Under the pieces are notes generated by a model. That model had not been told where the DNA came from and searched no databases. It was given only the letters and a program-made list of their open reading frames with translations. Shown here piece after piece: positions 39,921 to 52,339 of a stretch of DNA of 64,000 nucleotides (positions are counted from its first letter, which is position 1; each line of letters begins with the position of its first letter). Made by a program: the position numbers and the translations under genes. The stretch comes from Lama guanicoe (Eukaryota), in NCBI GenBank assembly GCA_013239625.1, contig MU054323.1, forward strand, positions 1,922,001-1,986,000, written 5' to 3'.

Positions 39921-40099
39921 AAACGAAGTGCCACCAGAGGGATCAGAGAAAGGAAAGTTATCAGCTCTGTTTGGGAAGAGGCTGGGGATGGTTGTAAAAA
40001 AGGCTTCTTTCTTAATGGAGAAAACTTTTAGGCTGGAAGTTGAAGACTAGTAAGAATTTGCTAAATGTGCGTTGGATACTTTGGAATGGAAGTGGGAAT

Positions 40100-40350
40100 A
40101 AAATGATAATAAACACTGACATTTTTGAGCACTACCACGATGTTGTTGTTCTTCAAAGATCTTTACATAAATGTGCTCATTAGGTGCTTACATCATACTA
40201 GGGAGGTAAGTTTCACAATGGTTGTCATCTCATAGACTAGGGAACAGACGCAAGGAAAGGTTCCCTACTGAGCCCGCGATCACATAGCTGGAAGGCGCTG
40301 GAACGAGGCTTCTAATCCCAACCGTTGCTCCAGAGCCCACACTTTATTTC
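40100..40350 (-). mobile_element. MIR SINE
   Basis: AATAAACACTGACATTTTTGAGCACT...CTTTACATA...GATCACATAGCTGGAAG...CTCCAGAGCCCAC. Confidence 0.7.
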
Positions 40351-41249
40351 ATGTCTCTCCTGCTCTTTCAGGGAGGAAAGCATTCTATGCAGAGCAATGA
40401 CCCAGAGGGATAGTCATCTGGGGGAACAGTGAGTTTAAACGGAAGAAGTCAGATTGAAAACCCTGAACTTCTGTTTCTGAGGCCAGTGTTATTTCTACTT
40501 CTATATGCTGCCTCCAGCATAGAAAACAATATTTTTATGTCAATCAAAGAAAAGGCCCAGCCAATAATGATTATATGAGCAATGTGATTGATATTATTTA
40601 CTCGATATAGATTAAAATATTCCCAAGGGAAGAAAATCGATAATGACAAGAGGAGCCATTATATAAAGCTATGTGCAGCCTACCAGATAGTGAAATGGGT
40701 GTCATAAGCTATTTCTCCGTGGAGAGAGAAGTCTCTTGTCAAGTTAGCAAGTTTAGAAAACAGTGGAATCCCTTGAGGCATCATATCAGATTAAATTGTC
40801 TGGTTCTAGCTTTTAATGCCGCCCCCCCATCACTATTCCTAAGTGCTTTTTTTTCCAGAGGCCACTAAACCAAGCCTAAATTGAAGACCTTCGGGAAAAT
40901 ATATGGAAAATAGAAGCAAAGCTACCTTTTCTAATGCTTATGGAACCCCTGATGGAAAGAACTATTATTGAAATTTGATGTTAATCACCAGATTTCTCCC
41001 TAGGGTCACAACTGTCAAATTCTTGCAACAACCCTCCCTGTAATGTTCATCCTGATGGTCCACTTCCCTCACCCACTGCCAGCTCACCATATAGTCAAAC
41101 CCAAGCCTTCTTTTCCCCTGAAGCGTAATCACATACATGTATATTTCCATAGACCTTAGAATGGGTATCATGTCTTCCCTTCCGCCTCCAAGTTAGGCAT
41201 CGCTGCTTTTGATGACGCAGCACTAAACTTCCCATTCATCCACGTGGGT

Positions 41250-41460
41250 AAGGAAAAGAGCAGTTTGTGGTGATAGACAGACCTGGTTTCCAATTTAGGA
41301 TTTCCTCTGATCAACTGTGTTACATCGGACAAGTCAATTCACTTCTCTTAGCCTCAGTCTTCTCATCTGCAAAAAGCAGATTACGATAAGGATTAAATAA
41401 GACCTCTCATTTATGGGCCAACACATGGTAGAAATGCAATCAGTGTTAATTATCTTCATT
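41250..41460 (+). mobile_element. MIR SINE
   Basis: GACAGACCTGGTTTCCAAT...GGACAAGTCAATTCACTTCTCTTAGCCTCAGTCTTCTCATCTGCAAAA. Confidence 0.75.
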
Positions 41461-42819
41461 ACTTTAAAATATGTGTGTGCAACTTTCATCTAACAAATCC
41501 TGTCTTTAATATTTTCGTAAGGAAAACGATACGAAAGGAGATGGTAACGTCTTGTGCAAATCTGAGTAATGACTTTTATAAATCTGGGTTCTATTTTTTG
41601 AGTTTCGTTCAAGAGATCCAAAAGGAAGAAAACTCACTGAGAAGAACTTTATTACCTATCAGTAAGACAAAAGGGGATTATCCTATTTGCCAATGAGTAG
41701 AACAATTATTCCCCCAAATCCTTAAATTATATTTCTGAAAGTCAGAATGAAATAATTGTTAACTCTGAAGCATAAAAAGCATTCTTAACTCTGAAGAGCA
41801 CAAAATGCTCTCAAAAATTAAAAGGACCTCTTCTCCTCTGAAAAGGCAAGCATGACTGTAACATGAGAATGTGCTTTTCTGGAAGCTACAGCCGCCCTTA
41901 CTGTGGGAAGGAGTCATGCCTGAGTTGAACCACTCAAGAGCATCCTGCGGGTGAGGTTGAGTGGGTAGGGGAGAAGACTGCAGATAGGCAGCATCTTGGC
42001 CCAAACCCTACCTCCTTCTTCCTTTCTGAGGCAGGGCCAATGCGAATTACCCAGATCTTTGGGGACAATGTTTCACTCTGGGATGTTTACTTTCCCAGAC
42101 CCACACTGTCCACAGAATGCATACAAAAACCTATGTGCTGTTTGCATCCAGTGAAGTTAGGGCATTTTTGAAGCCTCTAGAATATGTCAGGGCCGGGTGA
42201 AACCTGTAAGGTATAACTTCTTTCGGGTTCCTTAATTCAGTTTGCCAGAAGAGACTTCAGGGATGTGATCTCCTGCCTGGGCCCCGAGCTGCCTCATTCC
42301 AAGCTTGCGCTGAGAATAGCTGGCCAATTTGTGGATGGGGTGGCTGTCCATTTCTCTCTCTGTCTATGGAATGCTTGCTTCATTCTTCCTTCTGTCATCT
42401 GAATTCTTCACACTTTACCAAGGCAGCTTAGCAAGCAGAGGAACAGTCAATACGATGCCTTGTATTGTGGCTTTATTACAGCTGGAACAGCTATGAGAGG
42501 GGACGTAAGTGGCCGCAGGGAGGACTGACCTTTGCAGATTCCAATGTCTCTGAGGATGAAGGCACTAGACTGGCACCTTGGTAAGAAGGGAGCACGTTGC
42601 TCTTGGAAAGATGGAAGCTTAGACTCTTGGGCTGATGCCTATCCTGTTAACGTTGTCCACGGGAAACCTGAAACTGCAGAAGTGAAGGAAGTTCTTGGAG
42701 ATCCCAGAGTGGGTGGTATATGCTAACCATTTATCCTGTGACTGCCATATCCACAATAATCCTACAACACAGGGTTAATGGGCCCGCTATAGAGGGAGAG
42801 AAAAATTGAGAGACATGGA

Positions 42820-43010
42820 TGAAGAGAGCAAGCCATGGAATCAAACTGCCTGGTCTGAATCCCAGCTCCGTTTCTTACTTAACATCTGGAATATTAATGA
42901 AGCTCCTGGTGTGTCAGTTACTTTGTATGTTAAATTGAAGTACCTGTTCCCCTTAGTATTCGAAACACGTCATCAGATGATAAGAAATGCTCAGTAATGG
43001 TTGGTCATTA
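42820..43010 (+). mobile_element. MIR SINE
   Basis: TGGAATCAAACTGCCTGGTCTGAATCCCAGCTCC..TTCTTACT. Confidence 0.65.
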
Positions 43011-43639
43011 TTGTCCAGAGTCCACAGCTAGTTAGTTTTAGATTTGAATCTCATACCCGCTCTGGCCAATGGCTGTCTCTCAGCTTTATGCCAAGTTGCC
43101 CCCTAGTCCTGCCACATGACCCAACTCATCTTCCCACTGCCCAAACACGGAGCCCATTTCTTCCAAGCCAACTCAGCAAATAAGTAGCTTAAAAAGTGGA
43201 GCTCTTGCCTATTTCATGTTTTTCTTCAGTTTACTCCCTTTTTACAGGGAGAGAGGAGGCAATGGAAGGGGCTGCCGAGTAAGTCTGTACAATGGGATAT
43301 TTGGGGAAAGGGTGATGTCAGAGTGCAGGAAATCCTCTCTAGCCCCCCTGCCCACTCAGACAAAACCTTCAAATGTGATGTTACTGGTAGTGGTTTCATC
43401 AGCATATATACAGTTAGGTCCTTAGCACCTCAAATTCAGTAGTCCAGAGCTGATCTGGCTTGGGAAGGCTGACTCACTCTAATAAAACTTATAAGAGACT
43501 GATGTATAAAACCAAAACGACCATTTAGTGTCACCCTGAGAAATGTGGTTGTCGGTTTTACAAGAATTTTTTTTTCATCCTGGCCCGGATAAAATCTCCC
43601 AGTAATCAAGTGTCACAGGAAGCCGAATAAAAATCAGAA

Positions 43640-44400
43640 GTTTACTTAGTATGTATGAAACTCTGTGTCAGAAACTGTTCTAAGTGCCTCATATATATTA
43701 GCTCTTCTGATTCTCATAACAGCCCCATGAGATCACTGCTATAAGCATCTCTAGCTTTCAGACAAAGAACCTGGAGCACAGGGAATGAAGCTATCATTCC
43801 AGCATATAAAGAGATTACAGTCTAGTTGACAACGATTAAAGTAAGCAAGGGGTTCAACCTGATATAATAGCTGCAGAGGTGAGGGTGGGAGCTGGTGCTC
43901 TGAGAAGATGTGAAGAGGCATCCAGGCCAGGGCTTAGGGATCAGGGTAAGTGGTTCCACATGGGGGCTGAGGAACATGTGAGAGACTCCCAGGGAAGAGA
44001 GGGAAGAGGGGGCACCAGAGAGAAAATCTCAAGACAGAGATGATATTGGAGGGGAGAGCAGATTGGAAATGACACTGCAGAACTTGATGGGATCCAGCTT
44101 AGATCTTTTAAGCCATGTCAAGGCATTTGAATTTTAAACTAAATGTAACAGGGAGCCACCGAAGTGTTTTAAGCTAGAAAGTAACATAAAATGTATGACT
44201 AGAATGATCTTTCTGGCTGTAGTACAGAGAACGATTGGAAGGGAGATAAGGGGGGAGTGGACCTGGAGGCAGGGAGTCGCTGGGAAGCAGTGAGAAACAC
44301 TGGGGCTCACGCTATGGTGACAGCAAAGGAGATGGTGGAAGTGATCACATTCGAGTTGTTTCTATGGCAGAACTGACGGAAGATCAGATCAGTGAACTCA
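43640..44400 (-). mobile_element. MIR (about 43640-43790) followed by LINE-2 remnant
   Basis: GTGTCAGAAACTGTTCTAAGTGC...CTCATAACAGCCCCATGAG; L2 motif AAGCCATGTCAAGGCATTTGAATTTTA...GGGAGCCACCGAAG. Confidence 0.65.
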
Positions 44401-46463
44401 AAACGTGGAAACTCTGGCAAATTATCAGAAAACACAGGAGCATCAAGCTCTGAAGTGTCCACGTCTGTGTTGGGGGTTTGGTGGAGATCCCCACCACCCC
44501 ATCAGCCACAGAGTCCCCTCGCCTAGAGGCCATTCCCGACTGCTTCACTTTTGTTACACTTTGGCGGCTACCATGCCCTTCTGATAAAAGTGGGGATTCC
44601 TTCAGTTAACCATTTCCTTCACCCGGGAAGCATTCTACTTCCGTAAGATGGTTCTGCATGACTCAGCCAAGGCCCATTTTGTGTTGATTTCATGGTGTGA
44701 GTTCCAAAAGATAATCATATTTTCCTTATTTCTAGGCTATTGGGAGCACCCATGCAGGTGTCTCCTGTACATCCATTCTCATCACCTTGCTTTCACAGAC
44801 ACTGACAAGCCACAAAACCATCCCTGTCCCACAACCAGTGCTTGAAATGTCCCTCTGCAAGGTAACTAACATCCAGAGCCTTCACAGTATGATTCCTGAA
44901 ACAGGATGGTGAGCAGGGAGGTTGGATGGGGCGGGGGAAATCTGAAAAATGAAATCACTTCAGAAGTGATGTGAATGGTGAGTGGCAGGGTTAGTGCTCA
45001 AATTCCAAAGCCTTTGCTCGTTTCACTGCTCTGTAGTATTACGTCGCTTGAGTGAAGTCTTCAGCAGCATCCTCCAACACGTGATCTGAATGAAAGCTAT
45101 GTCCTTATTAAGCTCACGTTTATATGAGTGCTAAGCATACATTATGTGTGTAAATATATGTGTACACACACACACGCACCCCTAAGTAAACTCTATGAAG
45201 ATGAAGGTGTAGGCCTTATTTGTGTATTTGTCTCATTGATTGATGCTCATGTCATTTTTTCATGGAAGATAGCCCCTTTTCTAAAGGAAGTCACATGACA
45301 AACAAGCGCCATGGCCGAGGGCTGCACCGATGCTGTGATCACGTCGCCTGGGCAGTGATCTCTTCAAGGAGAGGTGCATGCCTTCCCATCTCACGCTCTC
45401 TGTGGTGCCAGCTTAAGGTGAAGCCCCACGAATCCACCTGACTTGATTCATCTTCCTCCCCATGTCCATAGTCTCCAAGTCCTGACCTCGCTGCTCTGAA
45501 TCACAGATAATGTGGATCTGCTCCAGCCATTTATATATTTCCTTTTTATTTTCTATCTCCCTATTTGATGGGAAAAGGTTACTGACCCACAGCTGTCATT
45601 CATCCTATGACAACTCCCTGGCAGTCTCCCGCCTGTCAGCCACCTCCCATGGCCAGTGACATTTATCATATTGGATTCCTAAAAAGTTACAGAGACAAGT
45701 AATAGGAAGTGTCTGTTTGCCTCAGCCATAGTGAGAAAGGTGTCTGGTGCTGTTAAAATCTGGGGACGTGCCACAACCCAACACGCAGAGATCCTGAGTA
45801 ATCTCAAAAAGCACTTCAAGCGAGAACTAAACAAAAGGGGGCCATCAGTATGGGGCAGGGGTCCTCTTGGGAGGCTCCCCGGTCAAGGTTCACAGCCCCC
45901 AGTTCATGGTCACATGATCTTTCAGATGCCAGGGAGAGTCATCTAGCATCCATCTGGAGGTCAGAGGTGACTGGTTCTGGTCTGGCATTCACCTGCAGGT
46001 GTGTTCATCCAGTCCCTTCTCTGAGCCTTCAATTCCCTTTACACAATGAGAGAGTTGCTCTACAGCTCTAAAGCCCCATCCAGCTCTGGCCTCTTAGTTT
46101 TGATTCCAAAGAACCTACAGATGTAATGAAAAGGAAAGCAGTTTCCGTGTGGAACATCAGACTCCAATTGTGAGAGTGAGGGGCTGAGAAGACAGGTTTA
46201 GGGTGATATCGGGGCCTTGAGGGGGTAGCTGCAAATTCTGAGGGAGTCCACCTCACTGCACAGAGTGCAAGGCACTAAAATGTCCGGATGGAAGGCTGTT
46301 TTCCTGTGGACCCAGTCCTGCGACAGAACGATCTTAGCAAAGCCACGAGTGACATCTGTCTCCCAGAGTGCGGGGGCAGCCATGGCCTTCGGGGCGAGCT
46401 GCCACACAGGCTGATGGATGGCTGCTCTCCTGTCCACGGTTCGGGGGACAGGCGATAACTCAC

Positions 46464-46512
46464 GTTCCCAGAGTAAAGACCAGAGCAGGAGGAGGACGTG
46501 TGAAGCATTCAT
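46464..46512 (-). other. Candidate signal-peptide-like exon segment (MNASHVLLLLWSLLWE, phase-1 donor)
   Basis: ATG to AAC/GTGAGT is 49 nt with a hydrophobic core; no downstream exon or homolog recognised. Confidence 0.2.
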
Positions 46513-46567
46513 GAGCAGATCCTTTAGACGCAGCAACTGGCCCAGGCCATGACATCTGGGATTCCAG

Positions 46568-46610
46568 TGTGTGTGTGTGTGTGAGTGTGTGAGTGTGTGT
46601 GTGTGTGTGT
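46568..46610. repeat. (TG)n microsatellite
   Basis: Direct reading. Confidence 0.9.
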
Positions 46611-47129
46611 ATGGATGGGGGTGGGTATTGGACAGTAACCAGTCAGCCCCAACAGTGTCCTTCTGATGGTCTTAGTCCCTGTGGTCTCACTGTGGCCCTG
46701 CTCCAAATCTGATGGCCCCACGGTTGGAGAATTGCTCCTGAAACTTTATAAAAAAGCATTATCAAATTTCTTTTTTTTCCCCCCAGTTTAGAGATATTAG
46801 GAACTTTCTATTCCTAGAGCATAGGTCCAATCCTGTATCCCAACTAAGATGTATTAGGAAATCTCCTAATCTTTGCCAAGCAACACCTAGATCATATTTT
46901 GGCCCAAGTGTCCCAGAAATAGGCTTGATGCTTTTCTCAGACCCCTTATTACCACTTCCAAGCTTTTGCTCCTCCACTTTGTCGGGGCTTGCTGCTTTTT
47001 GAGGTTGTTGCCCACCAGCTACATCACCCTCATCACTAGCATCTACCTCCCAGACATTTTCATCCTCCCTTGAGAACGCAGTCGCTGGAATTTGTTTCTG
47101 TTTGTCCGATTCGTTCTTTGCTCCATTGT

Positions 47130-47790
47130 CCCTCTTTTCCTTCCTTTTTTAGATTATGTTTTAGGATTCTATTTTCCTTGTTAGACATTAGCTATAATTC
47201 TTTGTTGTGTGATTTGAATGGTTGTTTTAGAGGATACAATACCCATCTTTAACTTACAACCACCTTCAAGTGATGGGGTATCACGTATAGTACAAGGACT
47301 TCACAACAGTACACTTGCCTGTCTCGCCTCCTGGTCCTCGTGTTACTGCTGTTTTATATTTTGCCTACACGTAAGTTATAACTTTAAACATGCATTTCTG
47401 ATTTTTGCTCTAAGTGGTCTATTGTCTTTTACATATATTTAAGTAATGAGAAAAATAGTGTTCATATCTATTCATGTAGTTACCGTTTCTGTTGCTTTTC
47501 ACTCCTTTGTCCTAAACCAGATTTCCACGTGAGCTTATCTTCTCTCTTCTTGAAAGACTTACTTTACCATTTCTTGCAGTATGGCTATACTAGCGATTCA
47601 TTCTTTCAGGTTGTGTATGTGTGGGACGTCTTTATTTTGCCTCAATTTTTGAAAGGTATTTTCACTGGGTAAAGAATTCTAGGTTTTTCTTTTCAGAATT
47701 TCAGTGTTGCTCGGCCGTCTTCTAGTGTGCATTGTCTCCAGCAAGGAATCTGCTATCATATCTATTTTGTTTCTTTGAGATGCTTTCTTC
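47130..47790 (-). mobile_element. Old LINE-1 fragment (L1MC/MD-like)
   Basis: TTGAAAGACTTACTTTACCATTTCTTGCAGT...TCTTTATTTTGCCTCAATTTTTGAAAGGTATTTTCACTGGGTA.AGAATTCTAGG. Confidence 0.8.
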
Positions 47791-50700
47791 AAGCAGCACT
47801 GAAGTCAGTCTGCCGGCTGGCTAGGGCTCTCCCCTGGCTGAAATTACAACTCAGAGATCTCCAGGTAGAGTATAGTTAATGGCCAAGCTTAACTTTAGCA
47901 TGATAGGGTGGAAATCTGGTTGCCAGAGAGAAGAATGTTGTAGACAAGAGTCCCTCAGTGATGGTAGAAGGCTTAAGTTATCCAACGTATTTAACTTAAT
48001 TTCTTTAGAAATTTCTACCTGGTGTGTTTCCTGCACTAAATATTGCCTTCCCACTTTCTGCATGCTGGCGGAGGGGAGAGGAATGCCACGTGCTATTTTG
48101 TGCAGTTGTCCCATGTAATAAATTTCAACTGTTCCTTCTTCTACACAGCGTGTAACTCCTGCCCACCAGCATCTATGCTGACTCTGCACTCAGGACCAAT
48201 CTGAGGTCCTTGGGTTGCTGCCTCCTCTATGCTGTTACATTCTCCACCCATGTTATCTGTCAACCCACTCCTATCCACAATTTTCTTTCAGATTTTTTAC
48301 AATTATTCACCACGTAGGGGCACTTCTTTCCCCCTCTTCCTTCTCTTTGCCCCTATTGGTTGATTCCTTTTCATTCTTTGATTTCTTATTTCCGTGGGCT
48401 CTCAGGAAGAGGGAGGCGATCTCATATGCCTCATCTTTCATCTTAAGTTGATGACACCTCTGTGACCCCTTTTTACTTTTTCTTCCTCAAATGAGTAAAT
48501 AGATTTCAAAAGAATTATAAGACAAATCCAAAGAATCATAGCTACATGTTGATGGAGTTCAGTTCAGGTTCTTTGGCCATATCATTGGCCATCAATGTGC
48601 AGCTTTACATAGTTTAAATCAACACATTGGTATTTACATAGCACTGACCAGCTTAGTGAAGGTAGAAGCAATTTCTGGCTCATTATTGTATCTTTGGTTC
48701 TTACCAAATACATGGCACAGGTTAACTTCTCATTGGTAAATTAATAATCTCATGGGCTAAATGGACTTTGAGACCCTTTTCAGCAATAAAGTTCTGTGAT
48801 CTGTTGATTCTATTTAAAAATTGAATTAATTTCGTTATAGAGGACATTGCCTTCTCAATTGCTTCTATGGCTGACGATTTGGGTTCTATTTGGCACGTGC
48901 TGGCTTAGGAAAATCTATTCTTACAGCAGCACATCTGCCCAATTTTGCTTTTTCACAAATAATGGGCCTAATGCTCCTTAGGGGTTAACTTTCTATCCAT
49001 ACAATGAAATTTAGAAAGGACAAGATTAATTAAGAATTAATTACATAAGCCCTCCCCCACCCCGAAGTCTCTACAGTGCCCCAGGTCCAGTCCTGGGCGC
49101 TGCAGATGCAAAGCCTGTCCTAAAGGAGTCTTTAGTTGAGATGTGTAAAATGATTCTTACAATGTAAGATTCTACAAAAATCAAACTTGAATTTGAGCCA
49201 CAGAATTCAGAAGACACACAATACAAATAAGCACTTCTCCCAAGTACCCAGTTCCTCTGGAGTCATCAAAGCCAGCAAGACCCCTCAGATGCACCTTACA
49301 TCTGTAGCATCAGAAGTGAGTAAGATTTAGCACACTCTCCCCTCAGCCTGCTCTCTCAGAATGCGCTTGCAGGGTGCAGGTACACTGAGGAGGAGGAGCT
49401 GAAAGGCTCCAGAGCGGTTGATCAGTGACCCCAGACATCCCTGTCTTTGTTCAATATTTGCTTAACTGTAAGAGTAGATTTAGAATACTGATGGAAGAGC
49501 TCACAGCATATTCTGGATTTAGGTGTTAATCCTTGGACTCTATGTAATGACAGGTAGAAGATTCTATTTTAACATCTTATCCATACTGTCTAACAGGAAG
49601 AGAATGAGTTTTCAGACCACTTGGAGAAATTTCTTAGTTTGGATTTGCCATAATGAATCAATTGTAAGAATGTACTTATAATTGGCCACACGAAACCAGG
49701 GTGCTCTGGTTTCATCTTAGCCTCGATACCTAATCAGGGATATTTTCTATCCTGGTGGAAACCACATTTCGCTGGAACGTGCTCTTAATTGTACTGTGCT
49801 GCAGGCCTGTTAAATATTGCACGAGATAGCAGTGTGCTTTCTTGCGATGTACCTCACAAGCATTTGCATTTTCATGTGCACAATGAATCTCCATTAAATG
49901 CCTCCAGTCTGTTTAAACACCATTTCCCCATTCACTGGAGTCTCTTTGTAAACACCAATGTTACAACAATCAGACCCTTGAAAGGACTGTTGTTGAATAA
50001 TCACGTTGACTTAATTCCAGAAAAAGGCAACTATGCCAGAAGAACCCAGAATCAAAGACTTGAGAGGGAACTGAAGTGTCCTGTGTCCCACCTTGCTGCT
50101 GTGATGGGAGGTAGAATAGAAGAATTTGTTCTTTTTTTTTTTTTAAAAGAATTTTGGAAGGCTTTGCTTTTTGTTCAGCAAATGTGGTAAAGTGACTGTA
50201 CATTTACCAAAAGCTCTTCCATCCATCACATTGAAATGACATAGAAAATCTCAACTATGCTGCATCTAGGAAAGGTCTCTAATCTCGTACTACAATCTCG
50301 GAAAAACATCTATCAGATGCAATTTTATTTTTATCAAATTGAGACATAGCTGACGTTGACAAAGACTAGCGCTCCTTAAGATCAAAATTGGAATTAGTGT
50401 GGAAAAAGAGATAAGACTTTCTGAAGGCCCCTGCTAATATACCTATGCTTGGAGGTAGTAAGACTGGAGCATAAAGAGACCACACAGAAAGCAGAACAAA
50501 TATGTTTTTCAGTTTATTCCAGTTCTGTAGATGAGCAGAGGTAGTCAGACAAGAAGAGAAGATGTGTGACCATATTTTACCATTGTCTTCTCTGGTCCAG
50601 CTTCCAAACAGGAGAGATGCTACATGGACATGAGCCAACTTTTCAGCAATGGGCCCAATTCAAGAGAAATTGTACATTTATCCATCGAACTGTAGCAGGA

Positions 50701-50815
50701 GATGATTCCTCGCTACACAACATCTCACCAAAATGGGTAGTTGACATAGCTGTGTGATGAAACGCAGGATCTAGGTGCTCGCCATCCTTGAAAGATTAAA
50801 GCATGTACTAAAAAC

Positions 50816-50818
<3 letters not shown>

Positions 50819-50850
<32 letters not shown>

Positions 50851-50869
50851 AAGAAAGAAAAAGAAAAAA
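50819..50869 (+). repeat. Poly(A)/(GAAA)n tract
   Basis: About 30 A followed by GAAA repeats. Confidence 0.9.
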
Positions 50870-51580
50870 TAAACCCTGCATTTACAGAGAAACTCTAAAA
50901 TAGAATTCGAGGGTTGGATACTTCCCAAGCACCAGTAATCTCGCCTCAGATACACTTTTCACCCACCATCAACTTTTCATCCAATATCTGGAGGAAGAGG
51001 CTCTAGTGACTTTTTGAGTGAAAAATGAAGAAAATCAAGGATATTCATCCTATACTATTTGGAGGCAATATAGCAAGCTGAGTTGTAATTGCCTCGTTCA
51101 AAAATAAATATGCAGAAATATAACAGCTTGTGGTCTATGCTTAATTCTAAAGCAGATTTATAATATGTATTGAAAAGGACTACAGTGCAATGCAATGATG
51201 CCATTACTGGAAACGGATTCACCTTCCTGCCATAAACCACAAGATATTTGAAAATATCATTACTTTGAGATATGGGGCAAAAGGCAGTGCTGGAATGTAA
51301 TCCTTAAGAGGGTTATCCTGTCTGGATGATAGTCTACAGAGATCACAAGCAGAATATGTGTTCTCACTGAGTGAATGAGACCCCCCCCCCCAAAAAGAAG
51401 AAGTTTTGGAAAAATTCCTGGAGAAGAGGAACGTATGTAGATCAAGATTTCCAGAAATCTACAAAGGGGTCCTCTGGAGTCTTTAGCTGAATAATAACCA
51501 TTGCTTATGTAAGCTGAAATGCCAAGTGGAATATATAAGCTGGCTTCAAAATAGAAAATCTATTAATGTGATTTGTCATA

Positions 51581-52114
51581 TGTATTTGTTTTTCTGTTGT
51601 TGATGTAATATGTTACCACATGTTTGATGGATTAAAATAATATAAGTGTACCATTTTATAGTTCTGAAGGTCAGAGGTCTGATGCAGGTCCCTTTGGGCT
51701 AAAAGGAAGGTGCCAGGGAAGCTGTGTTCCTTTCTGGAGGCTGCAGTAGAGAATTAATTCCTTTCCACGTTCATTTGGGTTTCAGCAGAATCCGGCGCCT
51801 TGTGGTTGTCGTACTGAGGTCCGTTTCCTTGATGGCTGTGAACTGAGTGCTGGTCCAGCTTCTAGAGGACATCGCATCCCTTGGCTCATGGTTCCCTGTC
51901 TACATCTTCAAAGCCAGCAACAGTGGGTCGAGTCCTAATGCTGTGTCTCTCTGACCCACTCTTGCACCCTTCTCTTTCATTTTTAAGGATCATATAATTA
52001 AACTGGGCCCACCCACGGAATCCAGGAGCATCAACCTGTCTCAAGCTATTTAGCCTCAACCACTTCTGCAGAGTGTCTCGGGGTTAGGATTTAAACCGCT
52101 TTGTGCCTACATCA
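51581..52114 (-). mobile_element. MaLR solo LTR (MLT1D-like) inserted in an old L1
   Basis: TG...CA termini; AGTTCTGAAGGTCAGAGGTCTGA and CATCTTCAAAGCCAGCAAC; 5-bp TSD TCATA/TCATG; L1 ORF2-like flanks on both sides. Confidence 0.85.
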
Positions 52115-52339
52115 TCATGTCAAGAGACTGATGGAGAAAAACTATGGAGTCATTTCAGTAAATGTTAAAAGAATATTCAATGGTATTAAACATTTGATCA
52201 TTATTAACATCTCTTCACAAACTAGAAAGAGTTCTGTTTAACTTGATAAATGCAGTAGTCATAGAAATATCCACAATAGATATTGAACCAACCAATCGAG
52301 ATGAGTTAGAACATAGGGAAAGGATAATAGGTGTTCACA

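Noticed and set aside
45306..45358. Perfect Kozak GCCATGG near an M-box/CLEAR-like GTCACATGAC
   Set aside because: The ORF closes after 15 codons with no splice donor; compatible with chance.
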